From: Elsinoe ampelina
Taxonomy: Eukaryota
DNA: 64,000 nt
Direction of reading: 5' to 3'
Assembly: GCA_010093995.1 (NCBI GenBank)
Contig: ML992504.1
Span: forward strand, 310,001-374,000
Shown one piece after another: positions 12,601 through 22,825 of this stretch. Each line of letters begins with the position of its first letter. The first letter of the stretch is position 1. Position numbers and translations under genes: made by a program. The notes under the pieces were generated by a model, which was not told the DNA's origin, did not search any database, and saw nothing but the letters and a program-made list of their open reading frames with translations.

Positions 12601-12957
12601 AATCCAAGCCAACAAACCACCGCTGCTGCCAGTCCCGTTCCTCGCAGCCCTCCTGTGCCTAGGAGGAGCTCCAGACGCAACAGCAGTCTCGGTGGCGGTT
12701 TCGGCGGCAGCGGACCCAGCAGTCCTAGCTTCCCGCCAGTGAGCTACGGGTCTGGCGCATACTCCCAAGAACGACAACCAGCTTGGCAGACCGATCGGCC
12801 CGCAAGCATAGGGTTAGTAAATCACAGAGTCACGGGAAGCAGCGTCACCGCCGGCAGTGGAGTAGCACAAGGTAGCAGAGCCGAATTTGTGGGTGAGTCG
12901 GGAGCCAGGCCTGGAAGTAGAGCCGTCAGTGGCGAGAGGCGATTGGACCTGGATTGA
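9610..12957 (+). CDS. TRP-like / flavin-carrier (FLC)-family integral membrane protein (TRP_N + TRP domains, disordered C-tail)
   Basis: Intronless ORF with signal-like N-terminus, LACISASITP, PGFGDCLQYIQF..LSLNYPGFYQP, multiple TM helices and YGSLYNTY. First ATG at 9610. Confidence 0.85.
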   Translation: MLWPAMLKRRTTSHTRWGTSALLASTVLLQLLVSGATAGFIAFENCLSSSIVDSNPRQLQFVPYYLNARFVDTGPSKRLNITIYGNVTGQAFEGTYPPADDPQWSNPNETFGKIVDISPTNNRYTTLFERYQFLNYDAYEAPPSQFCIATINSSCPLGPSFDGNNSDPFSLSAFTVAHSLNSSYSFATILATIRVRSGDEGAQDLACISASITPDLGQQIAGLLRYLPVVVLIFVGLATMAAAIFSPWGTSDPFKWTTNYGRDEDLLRLVTPGFGDCLQYIQFVFLTGALSLNYPGFYQPAVSQVSWSSLQFNESFVTKGSGSASLIDGLYSTNATRGMTRMSQLVGISSRTDIWACMAVWLAVLILVAIAFCQSAFLLRWIYFRLSDTTEEDLRQKNWPLTGGMLVRVVYNYFLLPIVAISMFQLLVAPESRFYMVIAAVVVLFFIIVLAGWILYIIYYTKPRAILFDDLTTLLLYGSLYNTYSDERAPFALIPVILTFVRGVAIGAIQATGIAQLITLAICEVVFILTVHAFRPFSSPTHMNLMHTIYAAIRLVTIFLMIAFLPSLGVPESSKGWIGYIILFLHAIVLVFGFFLNSIQTLVEVGARMAGAGGDSQHGARRGALISYSWRQLRSRKPNKGIRPTSTTSDAAMLSNDQEAKNYNPSHRTRSLSASSRMLLANQRYSGNDLSSLGDIASSPGLETPTGASQLPTGAAGAAGASTVRRLSQTQAADPYYRPPRARRATLDPGTPATKNRTSISGDWGTRTRGYDDWPDEADDRDNDPRDANSPAFFRHQRGGSETDLGEQQGNRTDYAVREVDFYYGVTRGPALSSQPTRKRKTGPADPMGPVSNASTWLQRLIGGGKKDKQKGFEVVRSSRAPPQMLNPINTDRGPDEEGEELQTSPPTHYPPYRDMPEGQAAAGSDLVPPEGVPAVGKTKKRMPLDGPWDESTDDENTTPRPGSSKATSSKGDKENPPFLRPIARSPSLKFTFPDNGNPSQQTTAAASPVPRSPPVPRRSSRRNSSLGGGFGGSGPSSPSFPPVSYGSGAYSQERQPAWQTDRPASIGLVNHRVTGSSVTAGSGVAQGSRAEFVGESGARPGSRAVSGERRLDLD

Positions 12958-13380
12958 TTGTTCGCGAATGGAAAGAGAACAGAGTCGCTTTAGCATGGCG
13001 TTTCGGTGTGGGCATATCAAGTCTGAAGAACAGATCTGCTCTCAGAACGACGGGAGAATTGTGTGAAAGAGTATCTAGCAGAGATTCATTAAATATATGT
13101 ACATTTGTCAATCTGAGGGCGAATCAATGGTGAAGTGCAAGTGAGAAGGTAGCTTACTCGTGTTGGTGAAACAAGGTTGGTCTGCCTGAATCGAGCTTCC
13201 GAGCTCTCTCGACCGAACTCGCGTCAGCTATTGCTGCCTCTACAGCTTCATCAGACAGAAACATCTTAGTACCTCTACCACTCTGCGACGCTCGTCAATC
13301 AATCCGTCGATATCAGTGACTCTTTCGTGGGTACCAAGCATCACCAGGACTGAGCGCGACGAATCACATACACCGTCGCC

Positions 13381-14371
13381 ATGGCGGACCGCTACTCTTT
13401 CTCCCTCACCACCTTCTCGCCTAGGTAAGCTATTGTTGACAACTCACGCATGCCAGACCACTAACACATGTCCAGTGGCAAGCTTGTACAAATAGGTCCG
13501 CTCAGCTATCACATGGCTCTTTCGACCCAACTAACAAACCCCCAGAATACGCCCTCAATGCGGTAAATCAAGGTGTCACCTCATTAGGAATCAAAGGTAT
13601 CACCGCACTCCTACTTCTCCCACGCCATCACTTGCCTAACTCCACCCAGCGACCAACGGCATCGTCCTCGCCACCGAAAAAAAATCCTCAACCCCCCTCA
13701 TCGATGCCTCGTCCTCCTCCAAGATCTCCCTCATCACCCCGAACATCGGCATGGTCTACTCCGGCATGGGCCCCGACTACCGCGTCCTCGTCGACAAGGC
13801 CCGCAAAGTATCCCACACCGGCTACAAGCGCATTTACAACGAGTACCCGCCTACGCGCATCCTTGTGCAGGACGTCGCCCGCGTGATGCAAGAAGCCACT
13901 CAGTCCGGAGGTGTGAGACCATACGGCGTCTCCCTCCTCGTGGCAGGATGGGATGATGGTATCGAGCCTGAGGGAGCGACCGAGGGCCTGACGGAAGACG
14001 AGAAGAAGGCGAGAGCCAAGGGCAAGACGGGCGGGATCAGAAAGGGTGGTCCATCATTGTACCAGGTCGATCCGTCGGGCAGCTACTTTCCCTGGAAAGC
14101 GACGGCGATCGGGAAGAGTGCGACTTCTGCCAAGACGTTCTTGGAGAAGCGCTACACGGAGGGTCTGGAGCTGGAAGACGCAGTTCACATTGCCCTGCTC
14201 ACGCTCAAGGAGACGATAGAGGGGGAGATGAATGGGGATACAGTGGAGATTGGCATCGTGGGTCCACCGGCGGATCATCTGCTGGGGTACGAGGGTGTGG
14301 AAGGGGCGCAGGGGCCGAGATTCAGGAAGCTGAGCCCGCAGGAGATTGAGGATTACTTGACGAATTTGTAG
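13381..14371 (+). CDS. PRE8: 20S proteasome subunit alpha type 2 (multi-exon)
   Basis: [15 protein letters not shown] | GKLVQI | [17 protein letters not shown] | [12 protein letters not shown]...[18 protein letters not shown]...[10 protein letters not shown]; three short GT-AG introns. Confidence 0.96.
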
Positions 14372-14471
14372 ACCTGTCCTTCGGCGTCGATAGATGTCGG
14401 ATGTCCAATTCAATCAGGTATCTACATTTGCTCTACTACTCACACGATCACTCCCAACTTCCCAGTGATGC

Positions 14472-15704
14472 TCATTCCTTTGACAAATCCAGCACCACCC
14501 TCCCCTGCAGCTCTTGTCTCTCCATCTGCTGAAACACTTCTGTCAACTTACTCATCGGCTCGGTCCGGAAATGCGTCTTGATGATTCCCCTGGCGGCCAT
14601 GTCGAGGGTCTCGATGGCGTCTTTGCGGCTGCCGACGGCCACGCCGACGATTTTCTGGGCTTTGGCGACGAGGACTTGCGGGAAGGCGGTGGCGATGGGT
14701 TTAAGTTCGCCTTCAGGGAGGCCGACTGCGACCAGGGTGCCGCCGAAGCGGAGGAGATTCATGCCCCTTTCGTGATTGTCAGCAGCAGTCTCTCACGAGG
14801 AAAGGATCGAGAGGGCGTATGCGATGGAAAGGGGCAGAAGAAAAGATACACACATAGCATAAGCCCCATTCGCCGCGGTCAACACCAACACAGCATGCGC
14901 CCCCAACCCCCCGGTCACCTCCTTGACCTTCTCCTCCACATCCTCCTTGGTATGATCCACAAACACCTCCGCGCCACTCTCCACCACCAACCCCTTCTTA
15001 CTCCCCTGATCCACCCCAATAACCCTCAACCCCATCCCACGACTCGCGATCTGCACCGCCAAATGCCCCAATCCCCCTCCAGCCCCAAGCAACACGACCC
15101 ACTCCCCACTGAGCGTCCCACTCTTCCTGAGCGCAGAGTACACCGTGACCCCGGCACACAACATTGGCGCCGCAGCCGCGCCATCCAACCCGTCCGGTAT
15201 GGGCGTGACGTAACTCGCCTGCGAAACGACGTACTGCTGGAACGTCCCCGGCGTCATGTACCCCGAGATTTTCTGGTTGAAGCACACGCCGTCGTGGCCG
15301 GCCAGGCAGGCGGGGCAGGTCCCGCATATCGCCGCCACCCATTTTATGCCGACGCGTTGCGATTCGCGGATGGAAGTCGTGGCTTCGACGCCTGGCCCGA
15401 GGGATACGACGTGTCCGACGCCTTCGTGGCCGCCGACTTGGTTGGGAGGGGTGGGGAAGGGGAGGGCGGCCCAGGAGTTGGTCATGATGCCTGGGGGGAT
15501 GGGGTTAGTGGGGGAGGGGGGATGAGGGGCAGGGGGAGGGGTACCGAAGTCTGAGTGGCAGACGCCGGTGTGGGTGAGTTTGATGAGGACTTCGCCTGGT
15601 CCCGGGGTGGGCATGTCGAGGTCGAGGATCTTGGTGGAGACTTTGCCGGGGGAGTCGTAGACGGCGGCTTTGTAGGTCGCGGGGAGGGAGGTGGTGGTGG
15701 CCAT
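14472..15704 (-). CDS. Zn-dependent medium-chain alcohol dehydrogenase (intron-containing)
   Basis: GVCHSD, GGHEGVG, CGTCPAC..C zinc site, APMLCAGVTVY, GAGGGLG, C-terminal GRVVLDL. Confidence 0.93.
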
Positions 15705-16269
15705 TGTGGGTGGTTGTGAGGACTGTCTGGTAGGTGTTGGTATGGGATGTGGTGGAGGAGAAGTGAAGGAGAGAGGTGAGATGAGAATGAAGCCACACTC
15801 CCCGTGGAGATTGTGGAGGTTGTGGAGTGAATACTTAGCAGGCTGGTTAGCTCCAACTACTGAGCTTAGCTGATCCGCTAGCTGTTATCAACCTCGGACT
15901 GTTTGGCAGACAAGCTCACAAGTGGATGATGCGGCACATGCGAAGGCGGGGCTGGACGCGGGGAAGTCAAACATTTGGAGGCAGGACGAGGGGCAGATCA
16001 CCGCCCCGAGAATCGGAGCCATGATGTGGCGAGATCTGCACAAGATTGATTACATGCAGCTTGTGCAGGTACATGCACTTTCATTCGCATGATCCGAATT
16101 GGCATCTACAGAAGAGTGAGACTCTGGTCGTCTGCATGTTGATCGCCCGCGGAGCCACGTGCTCACGTTCGCATTTATGAAGCGTGAATACCCTGGGAGA
16201 CTGGTGCTGACAGGGCCCTGGTTGACTCGAGGACCAACCGTCTGGTATCTACAGATCATCCATATCTGC

Positions 16270-18049
16270 TCAATGAGCAAATCGAAAGTCCAGCCTCTTG
16301 TTCCCCTTATCCTTTGTCGTCGCCAGGTAATTCTCCCTTTCAATCTTGCTCATACTGCCCCAGATCTTCTCACGTTTGCGGTTGACTGAGACGTAGAAAA
16401 GCTTTGTGCCGGTAAAGAGAAGGATGTTGTAGCAGCAGATTCCTATGAGAATCTTGTTGCCAGTAAAATACAAGGGCTTGTCGTGCTCACGGTAGATCTA
16501 GGATAATCAGCCACACAATAGACTCAACAGAAACAGCCACTTACATTGGACCCAATGATATTCGAGGCTTGCACACACATGTTGTATATCGCCGATGCGA
16601 CAGTCCTCGTCCTGACCGATCCTGCGTTTCGACTAGTGATAGCGACAATGACGGCATGGAAGTACGGTTCAGCATAGAGCAGCGAGGAGAGTGCCCAAGT
16701 CGACCAGCTACTCCTCGTTGCTGGGAGTGCCACCAATGCAATCAGGCATGTGAGACACCACCATTGGCTAATAGTTGCTAGCAGAAACCGCTCATTCAAT
16801 TTCTCGGTGAGCCAGGTGAAGAAAAGGAGGCCACAGATGAAGATGACGCAGGCCGGAATAGTGAGCAAGTTCGTCTGGAAGGCGTCGAATTTTGCGTTCC
16901 GCAATGTCAAGGTGAGGTACTGCGTCATTGGCGATGCAGGAAGAAGCCAAGATAGACCGATAAGGTAGATTGGCCACATGTGGTAGTCCATGATGCATTC
17001 GCGGAACATGGTCAATGACAGACCTTGTCGGTTGTGCATATCACCCTTGCTTGGGTCGTCCCGCAGCACGCGATTGACCATGATCTTCTCTTCGTGCTCG
17101 GTAAACCAGCCCTTCTTGCCTCTGAACCAAGACGCTGTTTGTGTCGGTGAAGGAGGGAGGTAGAACCAAGACACAATACCAATGAGTCCAGTGAGAGTTC
17201 CCTCTAGGGCAAAGAGCCAGCGCCAGCCATCAAGTCCATTTACTCCATCCATATGCAGAATGCCATATGCGAAAAATGCCGAGACAATATACGTCAATTG
17301 GTAAGAGACCCAGAAGAATGACAGACGTTTGGGGAGCTCAGTTGAGTTGTACCAATAAGACAGATATAGAATGTTGTCTGGAATGAAACCTATCGTATGT
17401 CAGCTTCTGAGCTTGGCCTCTACATGGAATGACTGACCCCCTTCAATCAGGCCTAGGAGAGATCGAGTCACGTAAAAAGATGCTCTGCCGCTCAGAAAGG
17501 CTTGCATCGAAGCAGTCAAACTCCAAGACACCATCTGGATAGGAATCCAGTTGTCAGGTCCGACCTTCTTGGAAATGAGCTGTGAAGGTAATTCGGCAAA
17601 GAGAAACGACAGGTAGAAGATGGTCTGTCCAGTGTTGTACTCGTTGGTGGTAAGTTTGAGGTCAGTCAGCATGTCGCCGGCGACAGCTTGAGAAATGTTG
17701 CCACGATCCAATTGCAGGGCGAAGAACATCAGGCAGACCCAGCTGCATATTCTGTAATCGATCTTCTCATGTCAGGTGGTGTAAGATCCTTGGCATAATG
17801 GTGACTGACCTTGCGAACGAGCTTCTTCTCCTCTATCGGCTCCCACGAAAATGAGGGGTCATATCGGTGTAAGCCCTCATAGCTGGCGATGGGCTTGTGG
17901 AAATCTTCCAGCGATTCGGTAGCAAATGCATTGCCAGATCGCTGGCGAAGGGCATGCTCAGATTTCCCAAGTGGTACAAGCTTGTGATCACCACCTTTGT
18001 CATCTAGGCCATCGGAGTCGTAGCGGGGTGATTCCTTTTCGGCAGACAT
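16270..18049 (-). CDS. MFS transporter, allantoate-permease (ACS) family, SOA1/AstA-like sulfonate/sulfate transporter (multi-exon)
   Basis: LQLDRGNI, AELPSQLISKKVGP, GWRWLFALEG, RDDPSKGDMHNRQ, SRNAGSVRTRTV, C-terminal GNKRLDFRFAH; divergent from a TauD gene. Confidence 0.88.
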
Positions 18050-19025
18050 GTCAGTATAGATATTCAATGTCTTGAGCTTCAACTTGGCAGAAGCTTGTCA
18101 CAGAGGTAATCTGCCTTCTTAAAGAGGGTCCTACATACAGGGCCACTTAGGAACGGGGTTAGCTCCGAAGAGAAATCTTTCGCAACAGAGTCCTCAACAT
18201 CCACAGAGTCATCTCCGTCGTCATTACGTCCACCAGTAGAGGGAGGGGTTTGCGAGGACAGCCCACGCATCGCGGCTAGCACGGGAGCATCTCAGAGACA
18301 GATGCAGCTACCAGGTATCGATGGGCGACCTTAGCGGTTTGGAGGAGCCGGGTTTGATGTCTTTGAGTCGTTAATTATTCGATAAGGAGAGCAGGTTGAG
18401 CGAAGACGTGATGCTCTAGAGACGCAGGTGAGGCAATCGCCTGACCCAATGAGGAAAGATTGCACATTGCGTGCTCGCCTACCTCGTGCTACCCACGATT
18501 TACCCACCGCGCCCCCTGCACCGTTGCCATTGGTCATCTCGCCTGATCACGTCCTCACTGGCTGGAGATAGACGAGCACACCACGTGCTGGATTTAAGCA
18601 TAACGTTGCGCCTCTGACGACCATGTGAAAACAGTGGAGTTTAGTATGAAGATTGAACGGCAAAAGAGGTGAAGTCGAGGTCGTCGAGCGATGTCGGCCC
18701 ACTCGTCGCGGACTCGCCCAGCATTTTTTCCCTGTCTCTCTCCTCACTTCGCCTTATCACGCAAGCGGAAATGATCCACCGTCGCCCTCAAATCGAGCGT
18801 GGCGGCGAACGGCGACACTTCCCCCCTCTCACGTCCCCGCCTGTTCAGTATGATCTGCCCAGACATTGCGTGCTCATCCTCCAATGCCGTGCACCCGACT
18901 GGCCAAGCAGTGATAGACCGATGTAGCTGTTGTCATCACGGTATAGATTGTATCATGGGTGCCGAGTTTTCTTTTCGTACATACTCTTCCCCTCTCTCTT
19001 CTAGCATCATCAGACAAACATCACA

Positions 19026-20222
19026 ATGGCACCAATCGCTGTAGAGACATCGCCCGACGTCAAGGCCGAGCAGGACTGGGACAGGCAGAACGTCAACTCT
19101 GGAAAGACTCACAAAGAGGCCTTTGCTCAAAGTGCCGCCACCACCAACTACGAGGGCGAGTTGAAGGGGGCCAACGGCCACGCTCCTGCAAAGTATCCAA
19201 ACTACCTTCCTGTATGGGAGCCTACCACATATCCTCCTCTCGAACTTTTCGAACACTACGAGCACGGCAAGGATGCCGACCCGACCTTCCCCAACCTGTT
19301 AAAGGGTGCCAAAGTCGATGACCTTTGCGCCAACATCGGTGCTGAAGTCAAGGGTGTCCAGCTTAGCAAGCTCAGCACTGCTGGCAAGGACGAGCTCGCA
19401 CTCTTCGTGGCACAGAAGAAGGTTGTTGCCTTCCGCGATCAGGACCTCGCCGACTTGCCGATCCAGGACGCCCTAGACTTTGCAGAGTACTATGGTCCAA
19501 GTCACATTCACCAAGCCAGTGGTGCACCAAAGGGATTTCCACGTGTTCACCTGGTCCACCGTTCTGCCGGCGACACTACCGTACATGATTACTTCAAGAC
19601 CAGGACTAACAGCACTACATGGCACTCGGACGTCACCTTTGAGAAGCAGCCTCCCGGAACCACATTCTTGTACATCCTGGATGGACCGGCAGCCGGTGGC
19701 GACACATCCTTCGTCAACATGGCAGAAGCATATAAGCGTCTTTCGCCAGAGTTCCAGAAGAGGCTGCACGGTCTCAAGGCTGTCCACTCCGGCCACGAGC
19801 AGGCCGCGGCAGCCCGTGCCAGGAACTCTGTCGTTCGCCGTGAGCCGATTGCCACCGCGCATCCGCTTGTCCGAACCCACCCAGCCACTGGTGAGAAGGC
19901 CATATTTGTGAATCAGCAATTCGTTCGATATGTTGAAGGCTACAAGCAAGAGGAGAGTGATTATCTGCTCAAGTTCCTCTACGACCACATTGCCTATGCT
20001 CAAGATCTGCAATGCCGTGTCAAATGGGCTCCAGGCACGGTCGTCGTGTGGGATAACCGTGTGACCACTCACACTGCCATTCTCGACTGGCAAGACGGTC
20101 AGAGGAGGCATTTGGCTAGGCTGACGCCCCAGGCTGAGCAGCCATACGAGGTAAGCCATGATACAATAGATGGACTTGACACAGCTGACCCATTGCAGAC
20201 ACCTTTCGAGGAATCAAAGTAA
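19026..20222 (+). CDS. TauD/TfdA-family alpha-ketoglutarate-dependent sulfonate dioxygenase (Jlp1-like)
   Basis: WHSDVTFE, GGDT, HPLVRTHP, VWDNR..H..R motifs; probable in-frame intron 20151-20198. Confidence 0.93.
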   Translation: MAPIAVETSPDVKAEQDWDRQNVNSGKTHKEAFAQSAATTNYEGELKGANGHAPAKYPNYLPVWEPTTYPPLELFEHYEHGKDADPTFPNLLKGAKVDDLCANIGAEVKGVQLSKLSTAGKDELALFVAQKKVVAFRDQDLADLPIQDALDFAEYYGPSHIHQASGAPKGFPRVHLVHRSAGDTTVHDYFKTRTNSTTWHSDVTFEKQPPGTTFLYILDGPAAGGDTSFVNMAEAYKRLSPEFQKRLHGLKAVHSGHEQAAAARARNSVVRREPIATAHPLVRTHPATGEKAIFVNQQFVRYVEGYKQEESDYLLKFLYDHIAYAQDLQCRVKWAPGTVVVWDNRVTTHTAILDWQDGQRRHLARLTPQAEQPYEVSHDTIDGLDTADPLQTPFEESK

Positions 20223-20721
20223 ATGTGCTCGAAGTTCAACGACGATTGAAGAAGTCGGAGGGTGAAAAAGTCACTCATTATACGCTATACACTTGTTGTA
20301 GATACTATCAGAATGTATACCACTGTCTAATTTTCTCAAGCTCCCTGGTAGCGACGGACAATAGGAGACTTTTAAGGACCTTACCCAATGATATTCTTAC
20401 CTTGAGGACATCCAGTAGAAGGGTGAGGTTACACGTATCAGCACAGCTTACAGTGAATGTCAAACGTAGCGTACAGTTCAGGGCGCACATTCACATGTCG
20501 AAAAACCACTTTAGCTCACGTGATTGCGCGTGCACGTTCCGCGCGTTGCTGCCTGAAATAGAGGCGTTCTGCCAATGTTGACCGCCTTCAGTGATCCAAC
20601 TTTCTCCAGTTCGCCCCTCCAATTCCGGACCCTCAAGGGGTTTGCCATCGACATTTCTGCTTCTTCCTTTCAACTTTCTGGCGATCCTTCTTTGCACGAC
20701 GTTCTCCAAGTAACCGCGATC

Positions 20722-22640
20722 ATGTCTGGCAGAAGAGGTGGTAATCGCATTCGCGGACCGTATGTGAATTCACATGATCGCTTCGAATGCCTGTTGACAC
20801 TTCCTGCAGCCAATCCGCCCTTACGGATTTCCTTGCCGCGAACAACATCTCAGCTGCGCAGATCAGAGACGAATACGACCGCCGCCAAAGAGAGGCTGAG
20901 CTCCAAGCGAGCGCCAATGGTGAAGGACCCTCCACAAGCGCCGCTCAACAACCTGGCGAAGACGATGACGCCGACCTCGAAGTCGCAGAAGCAGTAGCCG
21001 CCGCCGAAGAAGCTGCCGAGAAGTCCAAGAAGCGCAAGCGGAATGAGAAAGAGGCAATAGAAAAGATCAAGGACGCCAAGAAGAAGAACAAGAAGTCCAA
21101 GAAGAAGCACATCGACTCTGACGATGACGACTACGATGCTCTGGATGTGTACAAAAAGGCGAAGCCTATGCCCGGCCAATTCGAGAACTGCGAGATATGC
21201 GACAAGCGCTTTACTGTCACGCCATATTCCGTCGAAGGTCCAGACGGCGGTCTGCTCTGTACACCATGCGGCAAGAAACAGAAGCAGGACCTGAAGAAGG
21301 AGGAGAAGGCTCAGCAGAAGAAGCCCGCCGGTCGGAAGAGGAGGCAGGCAGAGAGCAACCGTCTTGACGGTATTGCGGCGAATAGGGCAAAGAGCCTCGC
21401 ACAACTGTGCATCGAGAAGGTCGTCCAGTACCACGACGACGTTGAAGAGCTAGGAGATATCCCACAACCACTCCTGGAAAAAGTCAGTGCCATCTTCTCC
21501 AAGAAGCGCGTCATGAACTCCAAGACACTCAAGCTATTCGTGAGGCCGGATTTGGACACAATTGCCATTCACGACGCAGCGAATCTCACAGTCGAGGACT
21601 ATCAGCAAATGTTCGCTGTTGTCCCGAACGTGAACAAGCTCGTTCTGCGCAATGCTCACCAGCTGAAGGATGAGGCCATCGAGTACATGCTGGACAAATG
21701 CGACAACATCTCATACCTCCAGCTATACACTGCCAACCTCATTTCGGATGACTTGTGGATCAAGGTGTTTCAGAAGTACGGGAAGAAGCTCAAGACTCTG
21801 AAGCTGGAGTGGCTGGACGCAACTTTCGACGACGACATCTGCACAGCCATGGTCGCCAACTGTCCGAACATCAAACGTCTAAAATTCAAGCGTTGCCGTC
21901 GACTTGGTGAGGGTGCAGTCGAGATCATCTCCAAGCTCAAACATCTGGAGCACCTTTCTCTGCAGCTCTCGAGTGATGTGGCTCCAGAGACGCTGGTGAC
22001 TTTGATCAACCGCGTTGGGTCTGGCCTTCAGACACTCTCCCTTGAGCACTTCCTCGACCTGGACGACTCTGTCCTCGCCGCCATCCACAACACCTGCACA
22101 CAGCTCAGCAAGCTCCGCATCACCGAGAACGACACGGCCACAGACACAGCCTACGCTGAGCTCTTTACTGGCTGGAAGAATCCTCCACTCACCTTCGTCG
22201 ACCTCAACTCGAACCGTGACATTGACAATAACAACCCCAATGGTCCGGTCGAAGCCATCGGTCTCGCGGACAAGGGCTTCCGCGCCCTCATGAAGCACTC
22301 TGGCGAAGCGATCAAGCATCTCGATATGGCATCGTGCAGGCACGTCAGCCTCAAGACATTCAACGACATTTTTGATGGCAAGAATATCTACCCTGCGCTC
22401 GAGTCTATCAATCTGTCTTTTTGCAGTTGCGTCGATACTAGGGTCATTGCTGGTGTCTTCAAGTCTTGTCCGGCGGTCAACCAGGTCATTGCGTTTGGGT
22501 GCTTCGACGTCATGGATGTAGTCGTCCCCAGAGGTGTGATTCTGATCGGTGTTCCCAAGGCGCAAGACGCCATCGAACAAGTAGGTTTCGGTCTGGGAGT
22601 GGAAGAGGCCATTGGGCAAATGGTAGAGGCTGCAGCATGA
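20722..22640 (+). CDS. RAD7: Nucleotide-excision-repair protein Rad7/Rhp7 (LRR)
   Basis: N-terminal IRGP|QSALTDFL across an intron, GQFENCEICDKRFTVTPYS..LLCTPC treble clef, LRR C-terminus. Confidence 0.92.
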
Positions 22641-22825
22641 GAGGTGTTTTACATTTCAAGGAGGCTGGTATCAATTCATAGCTTCATTCGAGAGGTCGCA
22701 GTCCGACCTCATTAGCCACAGTAGGCTGTTATCCTGTACATACTACATAGCAAGGCGTCACGGCTGCATCTCAATCCACCACATCCACCAATCCCCTTCA
22801 ATCTTCCTCCCACACGCTATAAAAT

